DNA of 64,000 nucleotides. Origin: Eledone cirrhosa. Its lineage: Eukaryota. The first letter of the stretch is position 1, and each line of letters begins with the position of its first letter. Below, piece after piece: positions 22,926-33,920 of this stretch. The notes beneath the pieces were generated by a model. That model was not told the DNA's origin and ran no database searches. It was given only the letters and a program-made list of their open reading frames with translations. The position numbers and the translations under genes were made by a program. The stretch lies in the NCBI GenBank assembly GCA_964016885.1, contig OZ024743.1, forward strand, positions 166,470,001 to 166,534,000, given 5' to 3'.

Positions 22926-24036
22926 AGAGACTCCTTCAGCTGCAGCGCCACCAGCCTTGTCTATAAGCTCCTTTGTACTCTATGCAGAGCCATCTTCCTT
23001 GGTCAGCCTGGCTGACAGATTTCCTGAACACTTTCGGGACATCTGGGTTAGCAACCTGAATCTGATTTCCTAACATTTTCGATCCGCCAGCCACTCCACA
23101 TTCCACATCAGTGTCTTCGGACTCGCACATTGTACCGGACTCTCTGATTCGTGCTGGCATTAAGAACAGTAACTTATTTTTTTCCTTACAAACCTTTCAT
23201 CCCCTAACCTAAATGCTCTACCCATCTTCCTTTAGTCTGCTCTGCCATATACTCTTTAATATACACCAAACATACTTCCTTTATCCTATGTCACAAACTC
23301 ATTAATACATACACTCTTACATACAAATCACAGTTAGATACTTTACACATACACACGTTAAAATTTAATCATACACTCACACATCTCATGGACATACGCT
23401 AACACTACCAGATACTTTACACACACAATATAACATCAACACACATATACAGTACACACATTCAAATTTACATTCACTTACACATACAAATCCACTACCA
23501 CACGGATTTATGCATAACACGCAAACTTTGATACTTTACACCAGGCATGTCAAACATGTAGCCAGCAGGCCGCATCTGGCCCTTTACAAGCACACCTGCA
23601 GCCCACACATATCTTTTTACAGCGCGAGCATGTTTTATCTTCGTAATATAAAATTTTAAAAATTAGTTGTAATGTGCACAATTAGTTGTCGTGTGTGGCC
23701 CTCATACAACATATATGTGACCCATGTGACCCTCAGTTTGACATGCCAGTTTTACACAATAAACACGTTTAAACATACACTCACTCACATATATCGACTC
23801 TAATACACGCACACTTCACCTTTCATTCCAATATTGTTACCAAGACTACCTAATGGTTTGTCTTGTCTACTCTCTTTATTTTCGTTGTTTTACTTGGACT
23901 ACCTTTTATTTTCTGTATCTATCCTTTGTGATCCTGTCTCTATTTTTGTACTCCTGAAGGGCTAAAGCCCGACACATCAAACTTTCTTTCGCCTTTTCCA
24001 TATAAAACTAATAAGACTTGTACCTCTGTTTGAACT
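22926..24036 (+). mobile_element. Penelope-like 3' end: GIY-YIG fragment, C/A-rich UTR, degenerate hammerhead, ending at (TA)n
   Basis: DSFSCSATSLVYKLLCTLC.AI.LGQ..LADRFPEHFRDI...HF...HS..HISVFGL aligns with the PLE at 1400-1630. Confidence 0.72.
23542..23749. mobile_element. hAT-type MITE
   Basis: TIR CAGGCATGTCAAAC / GTTTGACATGCCAG; 8-bp TSD CTTTACAC / TTTTACAC. Confidence 0.85.
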
Positions 24037-24326
24037 ATATATATATATATATAAAAAGTTTTTGTATTTCTTTTGTAATATCTCTTATCTAAAAACGTGT
24101 TGAAACAGATATTGTTATACTTTGGGTCATGTTGCCAATAAAATCACACAAACCTGTTGGTTTTCACTTCAATTTATTACAAATTTCCAGTTTAATAACC
24201 AGACGGTTGTTATTTATTGTCAAAGCTCTTTCGTCACACATTCTGTAACCAATTTGTTATTTTTTGTCTTTCCTTTGTTCTGTCCTACACCATCTTGTTC
24301 TTGTTTGCAGTGTGCTGTGTACTTGG

Positions 24327-24765
24327 GTTGTATATGTGTTATATGCGTATGTGTTTATTTATTTATCTATACGGTTATTTACTTATCACTAGTTGGCTGC
24401 TTGTTCTATCAGTGTATGTCTGGTTTGTTTTATTAGTTTGGTTCATGTGTCTCTGTATGTTTTTATCTAGTTGTGATGTTGCTAAATCTGTTGATGTTTG
24501 CCACTTCTATAATCTGTCAACAGATTATAGAAGCAACAACCATAAACGAACTCCAACCAAAATTAAACAGAAAACATGAGTGGAATAGCAACATCACAAC
24601 TAGTAATTAAGGACAAGATAAAAACATACAGACACACATAAGAACCAAACTAATAAAACAAACCAGACACACACAGATATAACAAGCAACCAACTAGTGA
24701 CAAGTAAATAAAAGTATAAATAAATAAATAAAAAAACACACACCTGCATATAACGTATGTGCAAC
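24327..24765. repeat. Long imperfect inverted repeat (foldback), arms about 155-180 bp, spacer about 100 bp
   Basis: 24327-24484 is the reverse complement of 24586-24765 (e.g. CTAGTTGTGATGTTGCTA / TAGCAACATCACAACTAG; TCTGGTTTGTTTTATTAGTTTGGTTC / GAACCAAACTAATAAAACAAACCAGA). Confidence 0.85.
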
Positions 24766-24779
24766 TGGAGGAGTTGAAA

Positions 24780-25720
24780 ACTGACATCCCATGGGAACTC
24801 TGTGAACTGATAATCTAATCCTTATGGCTGAATCTGGAGGAAATTTAGAAGCAAAATTCCAAGCATGGAAGAAAGGTTAACATCTTAATGAGTAGGAAGG
24901 AGAACAGGAAGCTTTTACCATCAAGGAAGTAGCCTTGCTAGACATATTGAAAAGAGGTGGGTAGAAACTCCATAAGATGGCACAGTGGATGCAGGCAGAT
25001 GCACAGGAGAAGTACGTACACAAATTACAGGAAAAGAAGTGAGTATGCTCTGATGGATGTGCATGAACGACATATGCACACCAAGAAAAAATCTTGGCAT
25101 AAGAGGAAATGGATGTAGTATGCAAGAAAGAAGACTGTGTTGGTATGGACATGTGATGCATATGGAAAATGACAGCTGTCTAAAGAAGTGCAGAAAAATC
25201 TCAGTGACTAGAACTCATGGAAGAGAGATACCTTAAGAAGCTGAACCTCACAACAGAGATGAGGACTGCCGTCATGCTGTGGTGGTGGAAGATCTGCCTG
25301 CTAACCTAAAACTTGACCTAACCCATCCACATATCCCTCTTGCCTTCCACTATCACCCTTTTCATCCCCCCACCCCCACTGCTCTATCCCCAGCATCACT
25401 GTACACCTCCACCCCATCTCTATTCAGGATCACTTCCACCCCTCTTAAATCTTGACACCCACACTCTATCTCTCAAACCTTGATACAACATTCATAGCCT
25501 CTTAGTAGCTGTTATCACCACAGTATCTCCCACAATGCCACAGGTTACCTCTCCCATTCCCGTCAAATACCTGCACACCTGGTGCATGCCCATGTCATAC
25601 ACTCCACCCCCATCAGTAGGGTAGAAGAGACTTTTGTGCTGAGTCAGTGACCAACAATTTTGTAGACTGTGATGAGGGAACAGTTGATGATGGTGAAACT
25701 GGTGACTGGAAATTTCCACT
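24780..25720 (+). mobile_element. Degraded RTE LINE 3' fragment
   Basis: PWEL...DNLILMAES...KFQAWK; W.GHV.HMENDSC.KKC; homologous to the RTE copies at 43-47 kb and 60-64 kb. Confidence 0.7.
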
Positions 25721-25889
25721 GATCTGTCCACTAGTAAAGATAATATAAACATTTGAATTAACAAACCTGTTTTTAGATATTTTCTACAAGATTATTACAG
25801 AATGTTAATATAGAATTTAGTGGAATTTACTAAAACTATTTATTACTTCACTATTAAAATAGTATTTGTAAAATGAGCTCTGTCGTTTC

Positions 25890-26175
25890 TCTGTAAGTTG
25901 CTAAATTGCGACCATACTGGGACACCACACTAAGGGGATCTTAGTGAATCACAATACTTATTTTTTAAAGTTTGGTACTTTTATTGAACACTTTGTTGAA
26001 CCTCTAAGTAAATAGATAAAGACACAAGCATAAACACATACATATGCACACACAGAGAAAGGCTTCTGCAGTTTCCATTTATTAAATTTTGCTCACAAGG
26101 TACCATTTAGTGGAACTGGGCCCAATACCACATGTTTGCAAAGCAAACTCCTTTTCTACACAGCCAACCCTGTGT
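25890..26175 (-). mobile_element. Degraded SINE remnants
   Basis: GACCATACTGGGACACCAC...TTTGGTACTTTTATTGAAC...TTGCTCACAAGG... ending in a tRNA-like head (CACATGTTTGCAAAGCAAACTC...CACAGCCA). Confidence 0.5.
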
Positions 26176-29028
26176 CTAAAATTGTTTTTAATTCTTATGT
26201 GCATTGTATTAAATATGTTAACACTAACATGACTATTGTTTCTCATCCAGATAGCATCTCTGAGTAATTTTCCTTATTTATATTCATCTCTCTGTTTGAC
26301 TAAACTCAGAAGGCCTGAAATATTTCAGGGGGAACAGAAAGTTCATTACTTTCATAAAGACATTTATAGTATAAATAAAAAGGAAACTCATCAAGTGCTT
26401 ATCAGCAGAGGACATCATACAATGTTTTTACGGGAAAGGATTAAATTGATTAAATCAACACAAATATATTATTAGCACATGTTTTATTGATACTTGGAGA
26501 AAGACAATAAAACTAACATACTGCAAAGCAGCCACAGCTACATAAGCAAACTTCACATTCTTAGTTGAACAGCATATCTCTGTTATATTCTGCAGATAAG
26601 TTGGCAAAAGTCAAGAATATCCACTGTATAAGTGATTCCACCACAAAGGACTCCTTCCTTACACATACCCTCAGAGGAGAACAGAAGTTCAAGGACTGAG
26701 GACATCAATGTCTCAACACCAATATCTTCCACTTCTCTGCATTGCAGCTGGCAACTTCTGGGTCTATGACAAAGTTAGCACCAGATAATGTGAAACAACA
26801 CACAGTATCTCTAAATATGATGGGAAATTGGTAACATCAAATCTCTTTTTAAAAACATTGTTTAAATGATAATGATGTTCAGTACAGTGTGGTGAAATGC
26901 CTCACATTATGACAGTAACTCCATAGCAGTATTTATGTTGTTCACAGGGACAGAAACCAAGATGCAATGCATGTGCACCAATTGTCAAGAAAAGCACCAT
27001 TCAATCAGGGTGCTGATTTGAACCAAGTTCCAGTTTGGTTGTAAGGTAGTCTGAAGGTAAAGACAGTATAGGTCAAAAGAAGATTCAATGCTCATGCTGG
27101 TTGAACTACATTTGATATTGTCCTTGCCACGTTGACAAACAGCATCCTGAGAGACTGAAGTCATTGTTAACCCAGACAGTTCACATTTCATACTTGTAGT
27201 TCACACTAGGCTCAGATATATTACAATGAACCTTGTAAATAAGTGCAAGACTGGAGACCATGAATGAAAGATGGGCTGGCAATGCCAAGCAGGAAGTTGA
27301 GTGGTGCTGAAGTCACCAAACTTCATTATTACCAGCCAATGTCATAAAAAATAACATTGCAGATGGATTTCGCACAATGAATGGTGGTATCAAATTCGTT
27401 GTGATGTTCTGTTTGAAGATAGCATTGTGCACTGTGCAGCAAAAAGATGAATTTTGGAGGGACAAAACAGTTCTTGAAGACATAGACAGCTACATCAAAA
27501 TCAATTAGATACATCTGTTGATCATCCTTGTCAGGTTCTCTCATTTGGTTTCCAGACACTCTTGGATGACTTTGAAGTGAATTGGTGACCTGAGAATGTA
27601 GGGATTGGCCTGCATATGACAAGATCAAATTGAGTTTCCCTGTAATTTACATTTATTACTTCTGACTTGGATGACTTTATTTTTCGTGTCCAAAAAGTGA
27701 TAGCGCTGGAATAGTGTTGTGAAGGTCTTTTGTGATGGACTCAATTAGACCACTTAGTATTGTGTTGCAAGAAGTGATACAATTAGAATAGTATTGTTTA
27801 AGTGTTGAACATTGAACGATGACTGGATTAAATTGACAATATCATCAAAGGCTATGTGAGGAGACTGCATGGGCAACTGATGGTCTTCCACAAAAACACC
27901 TTGCTTAGACTTGTGCCTCAGAGAGGAACTTTGAAGTGCAAGTCTATGACTAATAGTAGTCATAGAGAACTATAGATGAGAGAAAGGTAGAGTGATAATA
28001 ATAAAAGATGAAATAAAGATAATGGGTGATAGAACACACGCAAAGCAGATGACCTCTCTAGGGAAGACGGTGTGTTTGGTGCATAGAGCAGTAGATGGAG
28101 ATTCAACAGATGGACAAGAGGCCCAATATATCTAGTTTCTATCTCCACCAACTTAATGACTATTTCCCCATGTTTGCACCAGTAGGAGAGCCTTCATCCA
28201 CACATGTCACCAGTCATCTCTTCTTGAGATCAGTCTTTACCACTTTGGCTCATGTCTTCCTTGGTCCCTGTATTCAATAGATTCCTTCTATTTCACTCAG
28301 TACTTCTTAATACAGTTGTCATCCTCCATAAACATCACATGTCCATATCAGTGCAGTTTTTTCTTTTGCCAACTGCATCTGATTCCTCTTATATCTAAGT
28401 TTTTCTCAATCCATCTGTGCTCTGACATCCATATACATTAACATGACACATCATATGAATATGATTTATAAAACATAAAATATAGTAAATATGAAAAAAA
28501 AAAAATCACATAAAAGATTTTTTTTTAGATTTATTGTTAATAAAATATAAATTTAAATAATTTTTTAAATATTGATTTAAAAGAAGCATTATTTGCTTAA
28601 CTTTAGATGTCTGAGGTCAACCCTGATCTGGAAGACCAAGAATTAAAGGTATTCCATACATGATCCACCTGTCTTTTATTCAAACAAAATGTATCTAGGA
28701 CTAACTTATCTAATGTGTTTTTTTAAGACAGTAGGGCATGATTGGAAGGTTTTGCTGCTATTTTTAGCAAGTTAAGCAGCTAGATAGAGGCTACCCTATT
28801 GTTTCTAAGCAACCCACTGCTATTATGACCTTCAAAGAAATATTGTTTTGATAAATATTTTTGAGAAGCCCATTAAACTAGAGAGAAATAACTACACCAA
28901 AATGTTTTCTTTAAAAAATATTATATACTACAAAACAAAAAGGAAAGGAGATGAATGCCAGATTGAAGCAAGGAGAACATGTTTCCATTGGTCTTTCCAT
29001 TGCTGATGCTATCTGTTGGTACAAACAA

Positions 29029-29034
29029 TTTATT
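29029..29034 (-). promoter_or_regulatory. Candidate polyadenylation signal (AATAAA) of FPGT
   Basis: First clear AATAAA on the minus strand, about 190 nt after the stop codon. Confidence 0.4.
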
Positions 29035-29222
29035 AAACAAAAACCAAGAAAAACATTCTTCCAATATATTTAGACATGTTAAAACACTGATGGAGATTTA
29101 GAATTTTAGTTTCAATAGTTATAAAACTATCACTATAATTATTATTTTGTGGCCTTGTGTCTAAATTAGAAATAATTATTATTTTGATCAGCAGTGAATA
29201 ATGCCATTCAGGCAAAATGTAT

Positions 29223-30751
29223 TTAGTACTGAGCATTAATTTTATCAAAAAGTTTTTGTCTGTATTTCAGCATTTCGTGTATAGCTTTATATTTGATGAT
29301 AGAACTGATGGAAATTAAATCATATTCTCCAAGGTTTATAGCTTGGCAATCATTAAGAGGATTTACCATAGCTAAAGCCAATTGAAAAGAGTCTGACATG
29401 GTGTCTGCAAGAGGGAAAATATTAACATCCCACAAACTTATCTCCAATTGAGTTTTATCTGAAACAATTTGAAATTTTTGAATGGCAAATGTATCTATAG
29501 CATTACCTAGCGTATCCCCCAAAAATGGGATGCTTGCAAGGTCTGCAAGCAGTACGCTCTTCTTAAGATTGTCTTTAATATGGAAGACAATAGTCACATA
29601 TTTTAAATTGTTCTTGATTATAACAGGTATTGTATGCATAAAGGTATTTTCCGGGATTGTGATTTGAGAATCCACAAAACTGGGTCTGAGGAATTCACAG
29701 TTGCTCAACAGACAATTCTTTGAAATATGGATTAAGTAATCAAAGTTGCAAAACTCCAGAACTGCTGATGAAGAAATACAACTTCTGATGGGTAATGATG
29801 AATGAATCAAACACCCTTCATGTTTACCTTTAAGGTTTCCCTTAATTGCAGGTTTTGATTCTTCCAATTGATCATCCAACCAAAAATTAAATGCATCATT
29901 GCTTAAACCAAAACCAATTTTGAAATAATCATTTTTGCAAAAATTGTATAACATTTCTGGCATTGAGCCAATATGGAAAAAGTGGGAAGAGTTCAAGATA
30001 ATTATGTTGAAAGGAGTACCTTTCAAAACGTTAAAAAGTTTTTTCCTTGTATTTAGTAGATCTCCAGTTGTTGAGGTAATATTTTGCAAGTTATTCACAT
30101 AGTCAGATAATGGATCAGAGCCGAGAGCTTGGAGAAAATCACCATAAGCATCAATTTCACAATAAAAAGGTCCATGATTCTTGATATAAGTTAGGAACAT
30201 CTTAGAAACTGAACTTGTGAAGAAGTATGCACTGTCTGTGTATACAATAGCATCTTCCATATCATTTTCGACATTTATCACTGCACCTAGTTTTGTCATC
30301 ATCTCAATAGATGGCTTTTGCAAAACGGTTTTGCATTCAGCTAATTGCACACTTTCATTTACTGGTCTTTTGTCTTTTACAATGTACACACCGTGTCTAG
30401 TTCCCAGTTGAATAGGGGATGGATGGGCCAGTGCAGTGAAGCCTTCTGTTTTCAGAGACCAGTTGTTTTCATGATCCATATTGTATGTGATAATGTCGTC
30501 TGCACATGTCAAAAATACACCAGGATTCATTTTAGGGACAAAAGGCCAATATAGGGCAAGTTTTATGTCTAACATCTGGTAACATGGAGTTCCACAAGGA
30601 AGAGCAGAGAAAATCTTACCAAGGACACTGTTACTTGGAAGCCGCTTGCTAAGACCACCAGCATGAATTAACAGGATTTTCATAGAAAAGAATTTATCAC
30701 CATAAAACTCTTCCAGGAAAGACAAAGCTGTAAAAGTGGCACCACCATTTC
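29223..30751 (-). CDS. FPGT: Fucose-1-phosphate guanylyltransferase, last (large) coding exon
   Basis: Acceptor TTCTCTTCAG|GA AAT GGT GGT. GNGGAT...ILLIHAGGLSKRLPSNSVLGKIFSALP...GFTALAHPS...GTRHGVY...LQKPS...YTDS...CEIDAYGDFLQALG...FFHIGS...LWD..IFP, then a TAA stop. ORF sequence upstream of 30751 is intronic. Confidence 0.95.
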
Positions 30752-31231
30752 CTGAAGAGAAATGTTTAACTAGTGTTAAGATATTTGGATAATAAATAGT
30801 TGCAGACATTGAATTTCTATTAAGATTGTTTGATCTCAGTTCAGCCCTGATCAAGATTAAAGGGATTCGAGCTATGACCATCCTGTTTTCTAAGAGTTAT
30901 GTAGGATTATACTATCTAATATGTCCTTGCTTTATTTAAGTGTAGGGTGTCATTTGAAAGAGATTTGGCTTCTACAAGTTGAGTGACTATGTAGAGGTTC
31001 CTTTATTGGCTTGTCTTGCACTAATGTATCAGAAAATTTGAATGAATCCCGAAACTAAACTACTGTCAAAATGTGGTATTGTTGTTATCACTCTCCTTCT
31101 CATCCTCCTCATCGTCATATGTCAGTTTCTCCAGGCTGGTACAGGTACAAAATGAAAATTAAATGTGCATAATTCCTGCATAGATCTCTTATATCAACAG
31201 ACACAATTTGCCATTGTATTTATCTGTCTAT

Positions 31232-31417
31232 AGTTGGCAGTATCGGTAGAGGGTCAGACGCCATGCTTTGACGCATAGAGTTACGGCCCTTGCCATTCTG
31301 AGTTCAAATCCCGCCGAGGTTAACTTTGCCTTTCATCCTTACGGGGTCGATAAAATAAAGTACCAGTAATGCACTGGGTAATTGCTGGCCTTGTGCCAAA
31401 AATAGAAACAATTATTA
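31232..31417 (+). mobile_element. Near full-length SINE in FPGT intron 2
   Basis: TGGCAGTATCGGTAGAGGGTCAGACG...GAGTTCAAATCCCGCCGAGG...AAATAGAAACAATTATT. Confidence 0.88.
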
Positions 31418-31848
31418 GATCATCCTCATCTGGATATAGAACATTAGGGGTAGGGAACAAAACTACAGTGTCCCCTACTGTTTTGGTTCTATACAACACC
31501 AGATTATTTCTTACATCAGCAACAAAACCCCACTTTTATTGAGGTAGGGGGCCATAGTCATTTAAATTAATCCTAGTATTTGACTGGTACTTATTTTATT
31601 AACCTAACAAGGATGAAACATAAAGAATGCAGTTAAATACTGTAAGTCTGATGCCCCCCACCCCCTTCATTTTGCCAATACAATAACAACCCCCTTTTTT
31701 TTACTGTATAGTCCAGAGAAGGAAAGGCAGTACTCATGGCTATTTTCAAGGCTTCTGAGACTGATGGAAGGAAGATATCCTCAAACCGAAGATCTGGTCC
31801 AATGCTTGCAACAGAGTGAACATATAAGTCTGAAGACTCAATCATTAA

Positions 31849-32055
31849 CCCTTTAGTATTCACATTTCTCTATATATACTATTATATTTTCATGGTAAAG
31901 GCTTTACCTCACATAATATCAAATCTATCAGATTTTGAAAGTATTTATTTTGAGAACAATACCATAACATCAGTTTGAGTGGCCAGTTACAGCCAGTTTC
32001 AACAGAAAGAGGTAGAGAATTCTGGCCGGTTTTGGCTGGTTTGAACATTAAAGGG
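31849..32055. mobile_element. piggyBac-type MITE
   Basis: TTAA|CCCTTTAGTATTCA ... TGAACATTAAAGGG|TTAA. Confidence 0.75.
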
Positions 32056-32591
32056 TTAAAACACCCAAGGAACCTCATAGGAGGCCAGCAAAACCTACAG
32101 AGGTTTGAACTGTAACAACAACAAAGTGAACTCCACTAAACGTAACCAAGGGCCAGATGGGGTTAATCTGGGTAACAGAAAAAGTCTTACCACTCATAAT
32201 ATTGATTTATTTTTAGGGGTGGGAAGAAATGAAAAAGTTATCCAAATATAAAGATCTGGAAATAGAGATAATCAATCTGTCAGACCAAAAGTAGAAACAG
32301 TTTCTATAATAGGTATCTTAGGATTAAAAAACATGCAGACATATAATGAACATAATGAACACCCCACCATACCAAACTTACATAAGTACACCACATAAAG
32401 AAAATAGAAGTACTAGACACTGCATACAATGTAGAGTACATTCAATGCAACAGAAAATATAAAAGGAAAACGAAATACTGTACATACCCAAGACACACAG
32501 AACCGTGCTCAGTTATGCAGTGAAAGCAAGTAAAAAAAAATGAGACCAGTGAAAAACAATAAAAATTATAAGAATTTACAAGATTTCTTAC

Positions 32592-32765
32592 CAAGTTTAA
32601 TACCAGGTGGGTCAGAAACCACATGAATCTCTAGATTAAGAGGTAACTCATTTCTCTTCCATTTTGCATCAATCTGGAGCTGATAACCTTGCTTTTGATC
32701 TTCATCAGCAGTTGTGATGACAACAGCATCCCAAAATGGAGTATATCCACTGTTTTTATCTTTCC
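32592..32765 (-). CDS. FPGT: FPGT coding exon 2
   Basis: TTATTTATAG|GG AAA GAT...; translation GKDKNSGYTPFWDAVVITTADEDQKQGYQLQIDAKWKRNELPLNLEIHVVSDPPGIKL-G|GTAAGA matches FPGT FWD.V.ITAADE.Q...ELP...DP.G.KIG; 174 bp, phase 1-1. Confidence 0.93.
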
Positions 32766-32859
32766 CTATAAATAAAGTAGTATAATCATTATCACCATTA
32801 TCATTTAACGTTCATTTTCCCTGTAAGGAATACATAATATATAATATTCCGAGCGAGAA

Positions 32860-33920
32860 TGGACTGGAGGAGGTTAAGAGAGCATGTACCTCAGCTGATA
32901 ACAACGGACCTCTCTCCCAGAGTGAAGAGTATATTGTATGATGCTTCTGTGCGAACTTCAATGCTATATAGCAGTGACATGGGCCTTGACTGTAGAAGAC
33001 CAGTAAAGGCTACAAAGAAATGAAACGAGTATTGGTGTGCATGAACAGTATAGCATAGGCAAACTGCAAGAAAACCTCTATATTGGAACGATGTCTGATG
33101 CAATGTGCAAGAGAGAAGCCTGTGATGGTATGGACATGTGATACATATGAAAGATGACAATTATATAAAAAAAAGTGCAGAGAAATCTCAGTGGATGGGA
33201 GGAAGTAGTGAAGACCAACCTCAGGAACCTGAATCTCATGACATAGATGACAAAGTACAGTGAGGATTGGTGGCATGCAGTACTGGAGAAAACTTTCCTG
33301 CCAGCATAAGAATGTGCCCTGACCCACCTTGACCACCACCCCTTATTAACTATTTTCAACATCATTACATCTCGCTCCACACAAGATCTCCCTCTTCCAC
33401 TCATCACCCTATTAAACTCTACCTGCTATACACACAAGACATACTTTCTCTCCCCACATCATCCCAAACCCACATCATATTTGTCACCCCCCCCCCCCTC
33501 TATTATCACTTAGAGGTGATATACTTATCCTGCTGATCCCCCACTTATACCCTGTCCCCTATCCTCCCCCATAGGATAGAGAATCCTTCAGTCAAGTTTA
33601 CGGCTAACAATCTCTTTAATACTACTGGTGCCATAAAGTGCACCCAATACACCTTGTAAGGTGGTTGGTGATAGGAAGGGCATTCAGTTGTATAAACCAT
33701 ACGAAAAAGGATCAAGAGAACTCTTCAGTTGTGTCAAAACATGATAACTTCTTTAGTGTTAGTTACACAATAAATCTACCCAGTACAGTCTGTAAAGTGG
33801 TTGGTGATAGGGTGATGAAAAAAAGGGCTGAAAAGATGCTTGAGTTGTGTCAAAGACATGACAATATGCTTAGTGTGGTGTCATGATCGAATGCACCTAG
33901 TCCACTCTGTAGAGTACACA
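32860..33920 (+). mobile_element. Degraded RTE LINE 3' fragment and UTR repeats in FPGT intron 1
   Basis: ARMDWRR...LYDASVRTSMLYSSD...W.GHV.HMKDD; repeated ACCCAGTACA.TCTGTAAAGTGGTTGG tail units. Confidence 0.65.

Noticed and set aside
26500-27960. Possible coding or TE relic
   Set aside because: Only faint RT-like words (PMQSP..FDDI); too degraded to assign
30752-30881. N-terminus of the 552-aa ORF as the FPGT start
   Set aside because: It lies upstream of a canonical acceptor and overlaps a repeat also seen near 28600; no FPGT similarity
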